From Nitrosomonas europaea (GTDB taxonomy: Bacteria > Pseudomonadota > Gammaproteobacteria > Burkholderiales > Nitrosomonadaceae), in assembly GCF_900167395.1 (NCBI RefSeq), contig NZ_FUWK01000004.1:90001-122000 (forward strand): a stretch of 32,000 nt of DNA, given 5' to 3'. Positions 20,093 through 30,309 of this stretch are shown piece after piece. The notes beneath the pieces are model-generated. The model was not told the DNA's origin. It saw nothing but the letters and a program-made list of their open reading frames with translations, and made no database searches. The translations under genes and the position numbers were made by a program. How positions within the stretch are numbered: position 1 is the stretch's first letter; every line of letters begins with the position of its first letter.

Positions 20093-22098
20093 TTAATGAG
20101 CTGGAATTTGTCCGCGGCAGTGCGGAAGCTGAACTCGGCACGGCGAGCTTCGACCCGGTTGTGCATGTCCAGCAGGCCGATGATGTTTTCTTCATCTAAG
20201 CTGTTTAGACTGGCGTAGTAGTGACGAAAGTAGGCTTCGAAACGCTCACGCGTGAGTGGATCGCCTTCGGTCAGCCGCATGATTTCCTGCCCACTCTGTT
20301 GAGCTTTGCGCAGTAGTCCAGGGACAGCTGGCTTGGGCGGCACGAACACGACAACCTTGCCCATACCCGGCAGCATACCTTCGCGGTTACAACGCCCGGC
20401 AGCCTGCGCCACGGCATCCAGTCCAGCCAGTGCACGATAAACCACTGGAAAATCTATATCTACTCCGGCTTCTACCAGCTGAGTACTGATAACACGAGTG
20501 GGGATGCCATCTTTCAAACGTTGTTTGATGTCCGCGATTACCTCACTGCGATGCTGGCCGCACATCAGGGCGGAAAGATGGATGGTGTCCCTGGGCATCA
20601 ACGCATGCAGCGCGCGGCAATCAGTACGGGAATTCACTATGCACAACACGGAATCATATTGCTGCAATTCTTCAGCAATGGATTCCCAAGTACGAGGTGC
20701 GTTGAAATCCCGTGGCAGTTCGGCTTCGACACGTTTCAAATCGGCATACAACCCATCCGGGTCGTCCATCAGCTCTTGCACACCCCTGAGACCGGAAAAC
20801 TTAGGGCGCGGCGAGAAGGCGGGTTGCGTCGCGGTAGAAAGTACGAAACTCACTTTATAGTTTTGCGACAAATCTTGCATGACATGCAGGATAGGGGCGA
20901 GGAACTCCGGCGGCAGCAGTTGCGCTTCGTCCAGAACGACTACGCTGTTCACGATGTTGTGCAGCTTGCGGCAGCGGCTGGTACGGGCAGCAAACAGTGA
21001 TTCGAAGAACTGTACGTTGGTGGTGACGATGATGGGGGCATCCCAGTTTTCCGTGGCGAGCCGCGAGCGTGAATCTTCCTTGTCGGGATCGAGATTGCTG
21101 TGGTGTTCAATGACATTTTCATCCCCGAAAATCTTGCGGAAAATTTCCGCCGTCTGTTCGAGGATGCTGGTGTAGGGGATGACATAAATCACGCGCTGTT
21201 TGCCATGATGCATGGCGTGATTCAGTGCAAAAGCCGTGCTGGAAAGGGTTTTGCCGCCACCGGTGGGCACGGTGAGCGAGAACAGGCCGGGCGGCAACGT
21301 GGCTTTCTCACAGCATTGGCGTAGCACTTCAGTACGGATACGGTTGACCGGAGAATCTGTTGCATTTGCTGTTTTGTCATTCATGTACTGGTCGAATGCG
21401 GACAGCAATTCATTCAACGCCGGATAACCCGCGCGCAAATCTTTCCTGCGCTCGTCCATAAAGGCTTCCGTATCCAGAAAATCAGCATCCACCAGACAGG
21501 AAAACAACATCCTGATCCAGAGCGCGAACGAACCATCTTGCGGTGGAGATGAAGTGGGACATGGTTGGTTGAACAGTCCGGTTGTCGGTGCATTCTGCAA
21601 CGCTTCTTGCCGATAGCCTTTTTGCTTACCATCTTCTATCCGCTGAAACAATGAAGCGGGTTCGCCATTCCAGTCTGGCAACCCAGCGTGATGCCCGGCA
21701 ATCAGATAGGCGATGATGCGTCCCGGCGGGCCCAGTTCTTCAATGGCATGGATGGCGCCTGCAGTGGAATGATCCACCCGACCAGGCGCACCTTCGATGT
21801 GTGCTTCGGCATCGTAGCCGCTGACGGACTTGATATATTTCTGGAATTTCTCGCGGAATTTGCCGATGTCGTGCCACAATCCGGACAAGCGTGCCCAGTC
21901 CTGACTATTAAAAACAGACGCAAATTCAGCCGCCAATACAGCAACAGCGAGCAAATGCTCTTCCAGAAAATGCTCGATCCATCTCCCATTCGGCAGCTGC
22001 CGCACATGCGCCAGATAAGTGGTATTGTTTTCAGCATTCACTTTCTCAGATCTCCGGGGTTGTTTCCTAGAAACAAGCTTTCCGATATTTTGCCGCAC
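20093..22098 (-). pseudogene. cas3: cas3 (N-terminal HD nuclease plus SF2 helicase), 3' end removed at the transposon IR
   Basis: HD-domain motifs are LWHDIGK, VDHSTAG and AGHHAGLPDW. Helicase motifs are TVPTGGGKTL (I), VVLDEAQ (II), STATQP (III) and AQAAGRCNREG (VI). Authentic sequence stops at ..FRTAADKFQLI, and the last ~11 codons plus the stop codon of track ORF 20056..22098 are IR sequence. The start is ambiguous: ATG at 22098 or GTG at 22041. Confidence 0.88.
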
Positions 22099-22262
22099 CC
22101 GCTACCCAACCTGATCAGGAAATAAGAGGAGAATTACTGGCTTTCTATGATGAATAGCTTTTTTGAATGTGGCCAGCTGGTGGAAACCGAAGCAAAACTC
22201 ATTGCTTCGTCAGTTGCATTCTGCTGCAATCCGGTATTTCAATGGGAAGCAACGTTATTCGG

Positions 22263-25200
22263 TCACTCCCGCACGCTTTCCCACAGTTTTTGCAGACGTT
22301 TCACTGAAACAGGCGCCGGGGTTTTCAGTTCCTGGCTGAACAGGGAAATGCGCAATTCCTCGATCTGCCAGCGGAATATTTCCATATTCGGATCTATTAC
22401 TCCGGCCTGGCGGTGCTTGTTCAGGCGCTGAATGTACTGATTCCACAATGTACTGATGATTTCTGTCTGTTCCTGATCACGTGCCGGATTCTTGTTGTAC
22501 TTATCGAGGCGCAGGATCATGCCTTTGAGATAACGGGGAAGGTGTTGCAGATATTGCCAGCGGGTCGTACTTAGAAATCCCGGATAAATCAGGTGGTGGA
22601 GTTGCTCCTCCATATCCTTTTTCAGGAAAACGGCTGATTTGTCCAGAACGGATAGTCGTTTTTTCAGTTCCTGGCAGGGTTGGGCGATGGTATGGATCAG
22701 CCCGGCTATCTCCTGTGAAACGGATCCCAGGCGTGTTCGGGCACGTGACGTCTGTGAATTGAATTCATCCTCGTTACGCGGTAAGGGATCATCACCGATC
22801 AGCGCCAGATCGATGATGGCCGAACGAATATCTTCCTTCAGTCTGTCCATTTCGATCAGGCTGCTCATGAGCAGAATCGCTTGTCGATCGACCGGCAGAT
22901 TTTTCTCCAGTTGTTTGATCCGGTCCTTGAGTGCCAGACACAATAAACGCAGCACCCCTCCACGCATACTGCGCTGCGCGCCTTCCTGCGTATCAAATAT
23001 ACGAACGGCAACGCTTTGTTCCTGATCAACCAGCGCCGGATAACCGGTCAGCAACTTGCCGGCTCGGCTGAAACGGGTTTCCACTGGTAATTCTCCGAAA
23101 TCCCATCGGGTAATGTCATCACGTTCAATGGAATCAGGCTCTGCGCCGGCGCCACGTGCAAACAACTGCTGTGCTGTCTGACCAAATTGTGCCTTCAGCT
23201 CGATCAGATCATGCCCCATGCCCAGCGTCATCCCGGCATCATCGATCACTTTCACATTCATCTGCAAATGTACCGGCAGCAACCTGCTATCCCAGGTATC
23301 CAGCGGTACTTTGATTCCAGTTTCGCTGCGGATGAATGCAGTGAGAGACTCAGCAAGCAACATGGCCTGATCCGGGCAACTATCCAGCCATTCCAGAAAC
23401 CGGGTAACGAATTGCGGTACCGGAATAGCGTGACGGCGCACCTGCTTGGGCAGCATTTTCACGTACCAGCCGATCTTTTCCCGAATGAGCCCCGGCACCA
23501 GCCGGTCGAAGTGAAACGGCATGATCTGATTGAGCAGCGGTAGCGGTACCGTAACGGTCACCCCATCCAGTGGATGGCCAGGATCGAAACGGTAACTCAG
23601 GGGCAATACGTGGCCGGCTGCTGTCAGGGTCTCGGGAAACTGTTCGGCAGCCGTTCCGTCTACTGCCTGACGTATCAATACTTCCCGCGTCAGATACAGG
23701 AGCTCGGGTTCAGTCTGTTCCGCCTGCTTACGCCATTTTTCAAACGCAGTGCCGCTATAGATACCCGCTGGAATACGTGCAGCATAGAATTCGAATATCT
23801 GCTGCTCATCGACCAGAATATCCTGCCGCCGCACTTTGCTTTCCAGCTCGCGGATTTCATCAATCAGTTGCTGGTTGTGCTGCAGGAAAGGTGCAGTGCT
23901 TTCATACTCCCCTGCCACCAGCGCCTGACGTATGAAAATTTCGCGTGCATGTGCCGGGTCGATCGGGCCATAGGCAATGCGCCGTTTGGGGACGATGGTC
24001 AGGCCATACAAAGTGATCCGCTCAAACGCCATCGCCTGCGCACGTTGCTTTTCCCAGTGCGGATCAAAATAGTGTCTTTTGCACAATTTACCAGCGATTC
24101 TTTCCAGCCAGGCCGGGTCGATTGCTGCCGCACAACGAGCATAAAGTTTGGTAGTTTCCGCCAGTTCAGCTGCCACCACCCATTTCGGTTGTTTTTTTCT
24201 CAGGGATGAACCAGGAAAAATCGAGAATTTGATGGCACGTGCCCCCTCATAAACCCCTTTCTCATCCGATTTGAAACCGATATTGCCTAGCAATCCGGAT
24301 AACAGTGCCCGATGGATTTCATCATAGCCGGCAGAAACCTGATTGGGGCGCAACCCCATCTCACTGATCAGTATATGCAACTGGCCGTGGATCTCGCGCC
24401 ACTCGCGCATTCTGCGATGGGAAATGAAATTTTTCTGGCATTGTTCGATCAGTTTTTTATTGGATTTTTTGTGTTTGAGCAGCTCATCATAGAAATCCCA
24501 TAGTTTGAGATAGCCCATGAAGTCAGAGCGATCATCACGGAACGGCTGGTGCGCCTGATCAGCCGCCTGCTGATGTTCGAACGGCCGATCACGCGGATCC
24601 TGCAGGCTGAGTGCAGCAGCGATGATCAGCACTTCGCTCAAACAATTTTCCTGTTTGGCCGCCATGATCATGCGGGCGATTCTCGGATCGGTTGGGAATC
24701 TTGCCAGTTGATGGCCGATTTGTGTCAGCCCCTTGCGCTCGTCAAGTGCGCCAAGCTCTGACAAAAGCTGATAACCATCCGCGATCATGCGCGGCGCAGG
24801 CGGCTGAATGAATGGAAATTGCTCGACATCCCCAATCTTGAGCGATTTCATACGCAGAATGACAGCGGCCAGCGAGGAACGCAGAATCTCGGGATCGGTA
24901 TATTCCGGGCGGGCATTGAAATCTTCTTCTGAATACAGCCTGAAACACACGCCGTTCATTACCCGTCCGCAACGCCCTGCGCGCTGGTTGGCCGATGCCT
25001 GGGAAATCTTCTCGACCAGAAGCTGCTCCACCTTGTTGCGGTAGCTGTAGCGGTTGATTCGCGCCAGCCCTGTATCGATCACATAACGGATACCGGGGAC
25101 TGTAAGTGAGGTTTCGGCAACATTGGTTGCCAGCACGATTCGCCGCTGCTGACCGGGAGCAAAAATACGCGCCTGTTCTGTATGAGATAACCGGGCAAAC

Positions 25201-26018
25201 AGCGGCAGAATCTCTAAACCGGCCTTGCCACCCGGGCCGGAAAAAGCATATTTGCGCACTGTCTCGGCAGTTTCGCGTATTTCCCGCTCTCCAGGCAGAA
25301 ATACCAGTGTGTCGCCCTCCCCCATGCGCATGGCTTCATCGATCGTGCTGAGAATGGCCCGGGGCAAATCGCGATCCTCTCCATCGATTGGATCATTGGG
25401 CCGGTAATGAATCTCTACCGGAAACAGCCTGCCGGATACCTCAATGATGGGAGCATCATTGAAATGAGAGGCAAACCGCTGAGCATCGATGGTAGCGGAG
25501 GTGATGATCAGCTTCAGATCCGGGCGGCGCGGCAGCAACTGCTTGAGATACCCGAGCAGGAAATCGATATTCAGACTGCGCTCGTGCGCCTCGTCGATGA
25601 TAATGGTCTGATAGGCGCGCAACAATGGATCCTGCTGCGTTTCCGCCAGCAGGATGCCATCGGTCATCAGCTTGATGCGCGTATTGGGGTGAGTCTGATC
25701 AGAGAACCGTACTTTGTACCCAACCAGTTTTCCAAGCGGGCTGTTCAGTTCCGCGGCAATACGTGCGGCAACGGTTCTGGCGGCAATACGCCGGGGTTGG
25801 GTATGGCCGATCAGATGTCCGGTACCCTGTCTCCCGGCACCTTGCCCCAGCTCCAGGCAGATCTTCGGTAACTGCGTCGTTTTTCCGGAACCGGTCTCAC
25901 CACAGATGATGATCGCTTGGTGTTGCTGGATCGCATGCGCGATTTCTTCACGCCGTGCGACAACCGGCAGATCTTCCGGATAGGTAATACAGGCAGGTTG
26001 TTCGGGGAGATACGTCAA
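22263..26018 (-). CDS. hrpA: ATP-dependent RNA helicase HrpA (DEAH-box)
   Basis: 1251 aa. Contains CGETGSGKTTQLPK, IIIDEAHERS, TSAT, QRAGRCGR, and the long HrpA-type C-terminal extension. Confidence 0.93.
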   Translation of the reverse strand: MTYLPEQPACITYPEDLPVVARREEIAHAIQQHQAIIICGETGSGKTTQLPKICLELGQGAGRQGTGHLIGHTQPRRIAARTVAARIAAELNSPLGKLVGYKVRFSDQTHPNTRIKLMTDGILLAETQQDPLLRAYQTIIIDEAHERSLNIDFLLGYLKQLLPRRPDLKLIITSATIDAQRFASHFNDAPIIEVSGRLFPVEIHYRPNDPIDGEDRDLPRAILSTIDEAMRMGEGDTLVFLPGEREIRETAETVRKYAFSGPGGKAGLEILPLFARLSHTEQARIFAPGQQRRIVLATNVAETSLTVPGIRYVIDTGLARINRYSYRNKVEQLLVEKISQASANQRAGRCGRVMNGVCFRLYSEEDFNARPEYTDPEILRSSLAAVILRMKSLKIGDVEQFPFIQPPAPRMIADGYQLLSELGALDERKGLTQIGHQLARFPTDPRIARMIMAAKQENCLSEVLIIAAALSLQDPRDRPFEHQQAADQAHQPFRDDRSDFMGYLKLWDFYDELLKHKKSNKKLIEQCQKNFISHRRMREWREIHGQLHILISEMGLRPNQVSAGYDEIHRALLSGLLGNIGFKSDEKGVYEGARAIKFSIFPGSSLRKKQPKWVVAAELAETTKLYARCAAAIDPAWLERIAGKLCKRHYFDPHWEKQRAQAMAFERITLYGLTIVPKRRIAYGPIDPAHAREIFIRQALVAGEYESTAPFLQHNQQLIDEIRELESKVRRQDILVDEQQIFEFYAARIPAGIYSGTAFEKWRKQAEQTEPELLYLTREVLIRQAVDGTAAEQFPETLTAAGHVLPLSYRFDPGHPLDGVTVTVPLPLLNQIMPFHFDRLVPGLIREKIGWYVKMLPKQVRRHAIPVPQFVTRFLEWLDSCPDQAMLLAESLTAFIRSETGIKVPLDTWDSRLLPVHLQMNVKVIDDAGMTLGMGHDLIELKAQFGQTAQQLFARGAGAEPDSIERDDITRWDFGELPVETRFSRAGKLLTGYPALVDQEQSVAVRIFDTQEGAQRSMRGGVLRLLCLALKDRIKQLEKNLPVDRQAILLMSSLIEMDRLKEDIRSAIIDLALIGDDPLPRNEDEFNSQTSRARTRLGSVSQEIAGLIHTIAQPCQELKKRLSVLDKSAVFLKKDMEEQLHHLIYPGFLSTTRWQYLQHLPRYLKGMILRLDKYNKNPARDQEQTEIISTLWNQYIQRLNKHRQAGVIDPNMEIFRWQIEELRISLFSQELKTPAPVSVKRLQKLWESVRE

Positions 26019-26024
26019 CAGCGG

Positions 26025-26504
26025 TTACTTGCTTACGATGACCTTTTCTTTCTGGGTGCTGAGCGTGCCCTGTTCGATGATGGCGACTGTCAGCCTGGAA
26101 ACGGCGATACGCTTACCGGTTTCTTCTTCGGTAATATCCGTCTGCCAGACCTGGGTGCGTCTGCCGACGTGCAGTGGCGTACATACTCCGATGACATTGC
26201 CTTGCGTTACTGCCCGGATATGGTTGGCATTGATTTCGATACCAACAGCCCGATACTGCTCGGGATCGATCGTCATCCAGGCAGAGACGCTGCCCAGTGT
26301 TTCAGACAGCACGCAACTGGCTCCTCCGTGCAGGATGCCAAAAGGCTGGGTGGTACGATGATCGACCGGCATGCTTGCCTTGAGAAAATCAGGGCCGACT
26401 TCCAGAAAGCGAATACCGATATATACACCCATATTGGCATTGCGCAGCCCTTCCAGATAATCGAGAGTATAGTTTTTAAACCAGGTTGCTTGATTGGGAT
26501 TCAT
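26025..26504 (-). CDS. PaaI/YbdB-type hotdog-fold thioesterase
   Basis: 159 aa with the motif PFGILHGGASCVLSETLGS and the typical length. It ends 6 nt before the hrpA start. Confidence 0.75.
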   Translation of the reverse strand: MNPNQATWFKNYTLDYLEGLRNANMGVYIGIRFLEVGPDFLKASMPVDHRTTQPFGILHGGASCVLSETLGSVSAWMTIDPEQYRAVGIEINANHIRAVTQGNVIGVCTPLHVGRRTQVWQTDITEEETGKRIAVSRLTVAIIEQGTLSTQKEKVIVSK

Positions 26505-26531
26505 ATTGGTCTCCGCGTACTTGACATATGC

Positions 26532-27638
26532 TCAGGAAAGCGCAGTGGAATGATCTGGAACCAGTATCGGGGTATTCTGCAAATTTCTTCGTTTTTCCAC
26601 CGCTTCCGCCAGCTCGAACAGCACCTGCTGTGTCGTATCGAAATCGATACAGCCATCCGTGATGCTTTGCCCGTAAACCAGCTCTTCCCGCCGCTTACCT
26701 TCAACATTCTGCCTGCCGGCCACCAGGTGACTTTCAAGCATGATCCCGCTGATTGAGCAGTTTCCTTCCGCAATTTGCTGAGCCACATCGGCAGCCACTT
26801 CCGGCTGACGCCGGTAATCCTTGTGGCTGTTGGCGTGACTGCAATCGATCATCAGATAAGGAGGCAGCTTGGCTTTCCGCAGTGCTTCGACCGCAGAAGC
26901 AACACTCTCTGCATCGTAATTCGGTGATCTTCCGCCGCGCAGGATGATATGACAATCTTCATTTCCCCTGGTGGTGAAAGTAGCAACCCGGCCTTCTTTG
27001 GTGACTGACAGGAAATTATGCGGGTGGGATGCAGCACCAATCGCATCGATTGCGATATTCAGATTGCCGTAGGTACCATTCTTGAACCCCACTGGACACG
27101 AAACACCGGAGGCCAGTTCACGATGTCCCTGGCTTTCAGTCGTGCGTGCGCCGATGGCCGCCCAACTGATGAGGTCAGCCACATATTGCGGGCTGATCAG
27201 ATCAAGAAATTCAGTTGCAGCCGGCATATTTATATTACCCAGTTTCAGCAACAGGTCGCGGGCAAGCCGCAATCCCTTGTCAATGTTGAAACTGTTATCC
27301 AGGTCTGGGTCGTTGATCAGGCCTTTCCAGCCAACTGTTGTGCGAGGTTTCTCGAAATAAACCCGCATGATGATATGTAACTGATCTTTCAGCTCCTGAC
27401 GCAGATGACTCAGTCGGGAAGCATATTCCACTGCCGCATCCACATCATGAATCGAGCATGGGCCACATACCACCAGTAACCGGTCATCCTCTCCCCGCAA
27501 AATATCGTGGCACTCCTGTCTGGCAGTAACCACAGTTTCAGTCGCCTGTTCAGTCAGAGGATGATCATGAAGCAGTTTCACCGGCGTGATCAGCTCATCT
27601 CCTCTGATAATGCGCCGGTCGTCAGTTTTATGTTCCAC
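26532..27638 (-). CDS. Class I 3-deoxy-D-arabino-heptulosonate-7-phosphate (DAHP) synthase
   Basis: Colinear with E. coli AroG: DDRLLVVCGPCSIHD, VYFEKPRTTVGWKGLINDP, GARTTESQGHRELASG, KNGT, IDCSHANS. I chose the GTG at 27638 as the start, with AAGGA 7 nt upstream, because it gives VEHKTDDRRI.., which aligns with MNYQNDDLRI of AroG. The track ATG at 27710 would add 24 unmatched residues. I cannot assign the isozyme. Confidence 0.88.
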   Translation of the reverse strand: MEHKTDDRRIIRGDELITPVKLLHDHPLTEQATETVVTARQECHDILRGEDDRLLVVCGPCSIHDVDAAVEYASRLSHLRQELKDQLHIIMRVYFEKPRTTVGWKGLINDPDLDNSFNIDKGLRLARDLLLKLGNINMPAATEFLDLISPQYVADLISWAAIGARTTESQGHRELASGVSCPVGFKNGTYGNLNIAIDAIGAASHPHNFLSVTKEGRVATFTTRGNEDCHIILRGGRSPNYDAESVASAVEALRKAKLPPYLMIDCSHANSHKDYRRQPEVAADVAQQIAEGNCSISGIMLESHLVAGRQNVEGKRREELVYGQSITDGCIDFDTTQQVLFELAEAVEKRRNLQNTPILVPDHSTALS

Positions 27639-27772
27639 AGATGATTCCTTGATGACTATTTCTTTTTGCACTTCCTTGCCACACTGGCAATACAGACTGC
27701 CCGACTTCATGTTGTGTGACCCGGTTCTGTTTTTAGCGGCAGTATTTTACTGCGATGTTCCGGCAGCTGCCA

Positions 27773-29431
27773 TCATTCTTGCAATGAAGCCAGATGGCTG
27801 GCCACGTCTTCCTTGCTGAAACCAATGGCGCTTGCAATACGATCAGCATGGCTGATACGGGAAATCCCGGGTATCAGCCGGTGAGACGGTTTCTCAGAAA
27901 CGAACTCGACCTGCAGATAGTTGCCTATGTTTTCCTGCTGCAAACGTTCACACAATTCATGGTTATGGGTCACCAGGATGGTAGTTGCACCCAGCTGATG
28001 AAATCCTTTCAGCACATATTCCGACAATGTCATTTTCTCTTCGAATGTGGTGCCTTCTGCCAGTTCATCAAGTACCACCAGCGAGCGAGGGGTGGAGTTG
28101 AAGAAAATTTCACGGGTTTGTTTCAATTCGTGTGCAAAACGTCCCATCCCTTCTTCCAATTGGCCGGGATCGGGTATCTGATAAAAAATATGCTCGGCAG
28201 GCACGGCTCGTGCCTGGACAGCAGGCACGTAGGCTCCAGCTTGTGCCAGTAACTGGATCTGGACGACCGTCTTGCAGTAGGCCGTCTTTCCGCCACTGTT
28301 CGGCCCTGTCACGATCAGCAGATGCTTGTCATTATCCAGCACGATATCGTTGGATACATAATCCGGGCGAGTTCTCACCAGCAAGGGATTCCTGGCACCG
28401 GATACGACCAGCGTATGTCGTCCATCCATATCAATCTCCGGCAGGACGGATTCCCCGGGAATCGAACGTGCATGGCGGTGTAACGCCAGCAACTCATCGA
28501 TCATCCCCATGGCTTCAATGGTTCTGGCCAACTCCGGGCTTTGTCGGAACAGCCTCTGCAGCGGGTATATCACCGAATCCCGATCCGAAGCGCTGATGGC
28601 CTGCAGAATGATGGGAATGATCGGTACGACCAGAATCAGCAGCCCGTAACCGACATAGCTGGCTACCAGTTCATTCAGCGTGTTCTGAAAGAAAAGCAGC
28701 AGGCCAGCCACGAAAGCCAGAAAAAAGCTGATAAACGGCCACTTGAACATGGAAGGGCGAAAACGCTGAATAAGCAGATACCGTGGCTTTTCCTCCCGGG
28801 TCATGAATTTTCCTTGCGATACATAGATAGGCCCATGCATCAGGGCATAAGTACGTGACCGGGCAAAATCCCGCAGAGTCTGTACCAGTGTCCGCAGGTA
28901 ATCACTCTCAGGCATGGGTAATGCTTCCGCCTCTTCGACCAGATCGACGACGAAACCGGTCCCATCGATGAACTGACGATAACCATAGCCGCCGAATTCC
29001 AGCTTGTCTTTACCGGTTTTATCTCGGGGATCATCCGTCGTCAGCCCTCCCGCAAATTCACCGTACAGCAGGTGATGCAGCGATGCCTCATCTATCGCTA
29101 TCCGTTTGATGTATTGTTCGAGCACTTTCAACAGATCCGGATTGGATTCCAGTTCACGCAGCGCTTCCTGTTTACTTTGCAGCAACGCGGCATCCGTCAC
29201 GGGGCGGGCGAGCGAACGGTAGAGTATGGATTGGCCTGTCAGGGTTTGTGCCTGGTTGATCTCATCGAACAAAGCATCGACTTCCACGGCGGCAAAAGTC
29301 TTGGCGTCCAGCACGCCGTAATTATCCGCAGTCGGTCTGGTATCGCGTATTCCGGAAGGATTCTTGCCGGATGACAAAATGAAACTTTCGCGCCAGACAG
29401 AAGCCGCGGTATCTTGTGTTGTATCATTCAT
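27773..29431 (-). CDS. MutS-related ATPase (domain III/V only) with two internal transmembrane helices
   Basis: 552 aa from the ATG at 29431. Contains a MutS core-like LFDEINQAQTLTGQSILYRSLARP, the hydrophobic helices WPFISFFLAFVAGLLLFF and YVGYGLLILVVPIIPIILQAI, then MutS domain V: Walker A TGPNSGGKTAYCKT, Walker B VVLDELAEGT, and TILVTHNHEL. No mismatch-binding domain I and no Smr domain are present. Confidence 0.75.
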   Translation of the reverse strand: MNDTTQDTAASVWRESFILSSGKNPSGIRDTRPTADNYGVLDAKTFAAVEVDALFDEINQAQTLTGQSILYRSLARPVTDAALLQSKQEALRELESNPDLLKVLEQYIKRIAIDEASLHHLLYGEFAGGLTTDDPRDKTGKDKLEFGGYGYRQFIDGTGFVVDLVEEAEALPMPESDYLRTLVQTLRDFARSRTYALMHGPIYVSQGKFMTREEKPRYLLIQRFRPSMFKWPFISFFLAFVAGLLLFFQNTLNELVASYVGYGLLILVVPIIPIILQAISASDRDSVIYPLQRLFRQSPELARTIEAMGMIDELLALHRHARSIPGESVLPEIDMDGRHTLVVSGARNPLLVRTRPDYVSNDIVLDNDKHLLIVTGPNSGGKTAYCKTVVQIQLLAQAGAYVPAVQARAVPAEHIFYQIPDPGQLEEGMGRFAHELKQTREIFFNSTPRSLVVLDELAEGTTFEEKMTLSEYVLKGFHQLGATTILVTHNHELCERLQQENIGNYLQVEFVSEKPSHRLIPGISRISHADRIASAIGFSKEDVASHLASLQE

Positions 29432-29725
29432 GGTTCGGGTTGTAATGACATGCGTTGACTCAGTGTTTCCAACTTTAGCCGATTTTGCCACTTTATGCTG
29501 GATTGATGACAATAGAAACCATGATCGGGCTTTTTGGAATCTCTGATCGAGTCCTCCATGAGCCGCATGGCAGGCAAAATCGTGATGGTCACAAGAAGCG
29601 CGACGAAAGTCGCAGTTTTCTACGATGCAGAGGAGCACGACACAGCGTGCGGCCATGCGGGATTTAATCAGCGACTCCTTAATCCAATACAGGTAACAGA
29701 TCTTTCAGATTGCAGCTTTACCGCG

Positions 29726-30289
29726 ATGCGTAAATTATTTAAAAAATACCTGCCCTCCCATGAAAGCATCCGGCAAAACCGTTTTGTAAATTTTTTCGGC
29801 ACGCTGCTGTATCATCACAACCTTTGGCATTTACACCGCCGCTCTGTTGCCGGAGGTGTGGCGGCAGGTCTGTTCGCCGGCCTGATTCCGGGCAGCAACC
29901 CGGTACAATTCTTTTTCGCCACCCTGTTTTCCGTGATATTCAAAGTCAATCTGCCCATCGCCGCTTTCGTGACGCTTTACTCCAACCCTTTTACTATCGT
30001 GCCACTTTATCTGGCGGCCTATACGCTGGGTGGCTGGGTGACGGGCGGTACGAGAAATTCAGGCAGTCTCCCCCCGCTGGAGCTAGGTCTGCTGGATAAA
30101 AATCTGTCGGAATGGATTCCCGTTCTGACGGATTATCTGGTTACATTCGGGAAACCGCTGATAACCGGATTGTTTCTGCTCGCTTCTCTGCTATCCATCA
30201 CCGGTTATTTCACAGTACGGATTCTCTGGCGCTATTACGTCGTACATGCATGGCACAAACGGGCCAAACGCCACCACCCCGATAAATAA
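29726..30289 (+). CDS. DUF2062-family membrane protein
   Basis: 187 aa from the ATG at 29726: MRKLFKKYLPSHESIRQNRF..HRRSVAGGVAAGLFAGLIPG..PIAAFVTLYSNPFTIVPLY. The ORF-track extension back to 29534 would overlap the divergent MutS-like upstream region and is not conserved-looking. Confidence 0.65.
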   Translation: MRKLFKKYLPSHESIRQNRFVNFFGTLLYHHNLWHLHRRSVAGGVAAGLFAGLIPGSNPVQFFFATLFSVIFKVNLPIAAFVTLYSNPFTIVPLYLAAYTLGGWVTGGTRNSGSLPPLELGLLDKNLSEWIPVLTDYLVTFGKPLITGLFLLASLLSITGYFTVRILWRYYVVHAWHKRAKRHHPDK

Positions 30290-30309
30290 TTTTTTGTTTT
30301 TTCACCCTC

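Noticed and set aside
20498-21000. Plus-strand ORFs of 120 and 159 aa inside the cas3 remnant.
   Set aside because: They are antisense to clear Cas3 helicase motifs and have no features of their own.
22189-22208. A GAAGCAA-N6-TTGCTTC hairpin downstream of hrpA, considered as a terminator.
   Set aside because: The stem is only 7 bp and there is no convincing U-tract on the hrpA (minus) strand. It is too weak to annotate.
22231-22250. The GGTATTTCAATGG fragment upstream of cas3, and GGTTCAATTCAATG at 9175-9188. Both echo the GTTTCAAT start of the repeat and could be vestigial repeats marking the islet boundaries.
   Set aside because: Only about 7 nt match and the downstream sequence bears no resemblance to the rest of the repeat. 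This is compatible with chance.
25917-26756. A 279-aa plus-strand ORF spanning the hrpA start, the thioesterase gene and the DAHP synthase 3' end.
   Set aside because: It is antisense to three well-supported genes and crosses two intergenic gaps. It has no motifs.
29432-29656. The 75-codon N-terminal extension of the MutS-like ORF, and the 64-codon extension of the DUF2062 ORF (29534-29725). Together these would make the two divergent genes overlap.
   Set aside because: The extensions are Cys/His/Arg-rich and look unlike protein. They overlap each other on opposite strands. Internal ATGs (29431 and 29726) give products that start where the recognisable domains begin.
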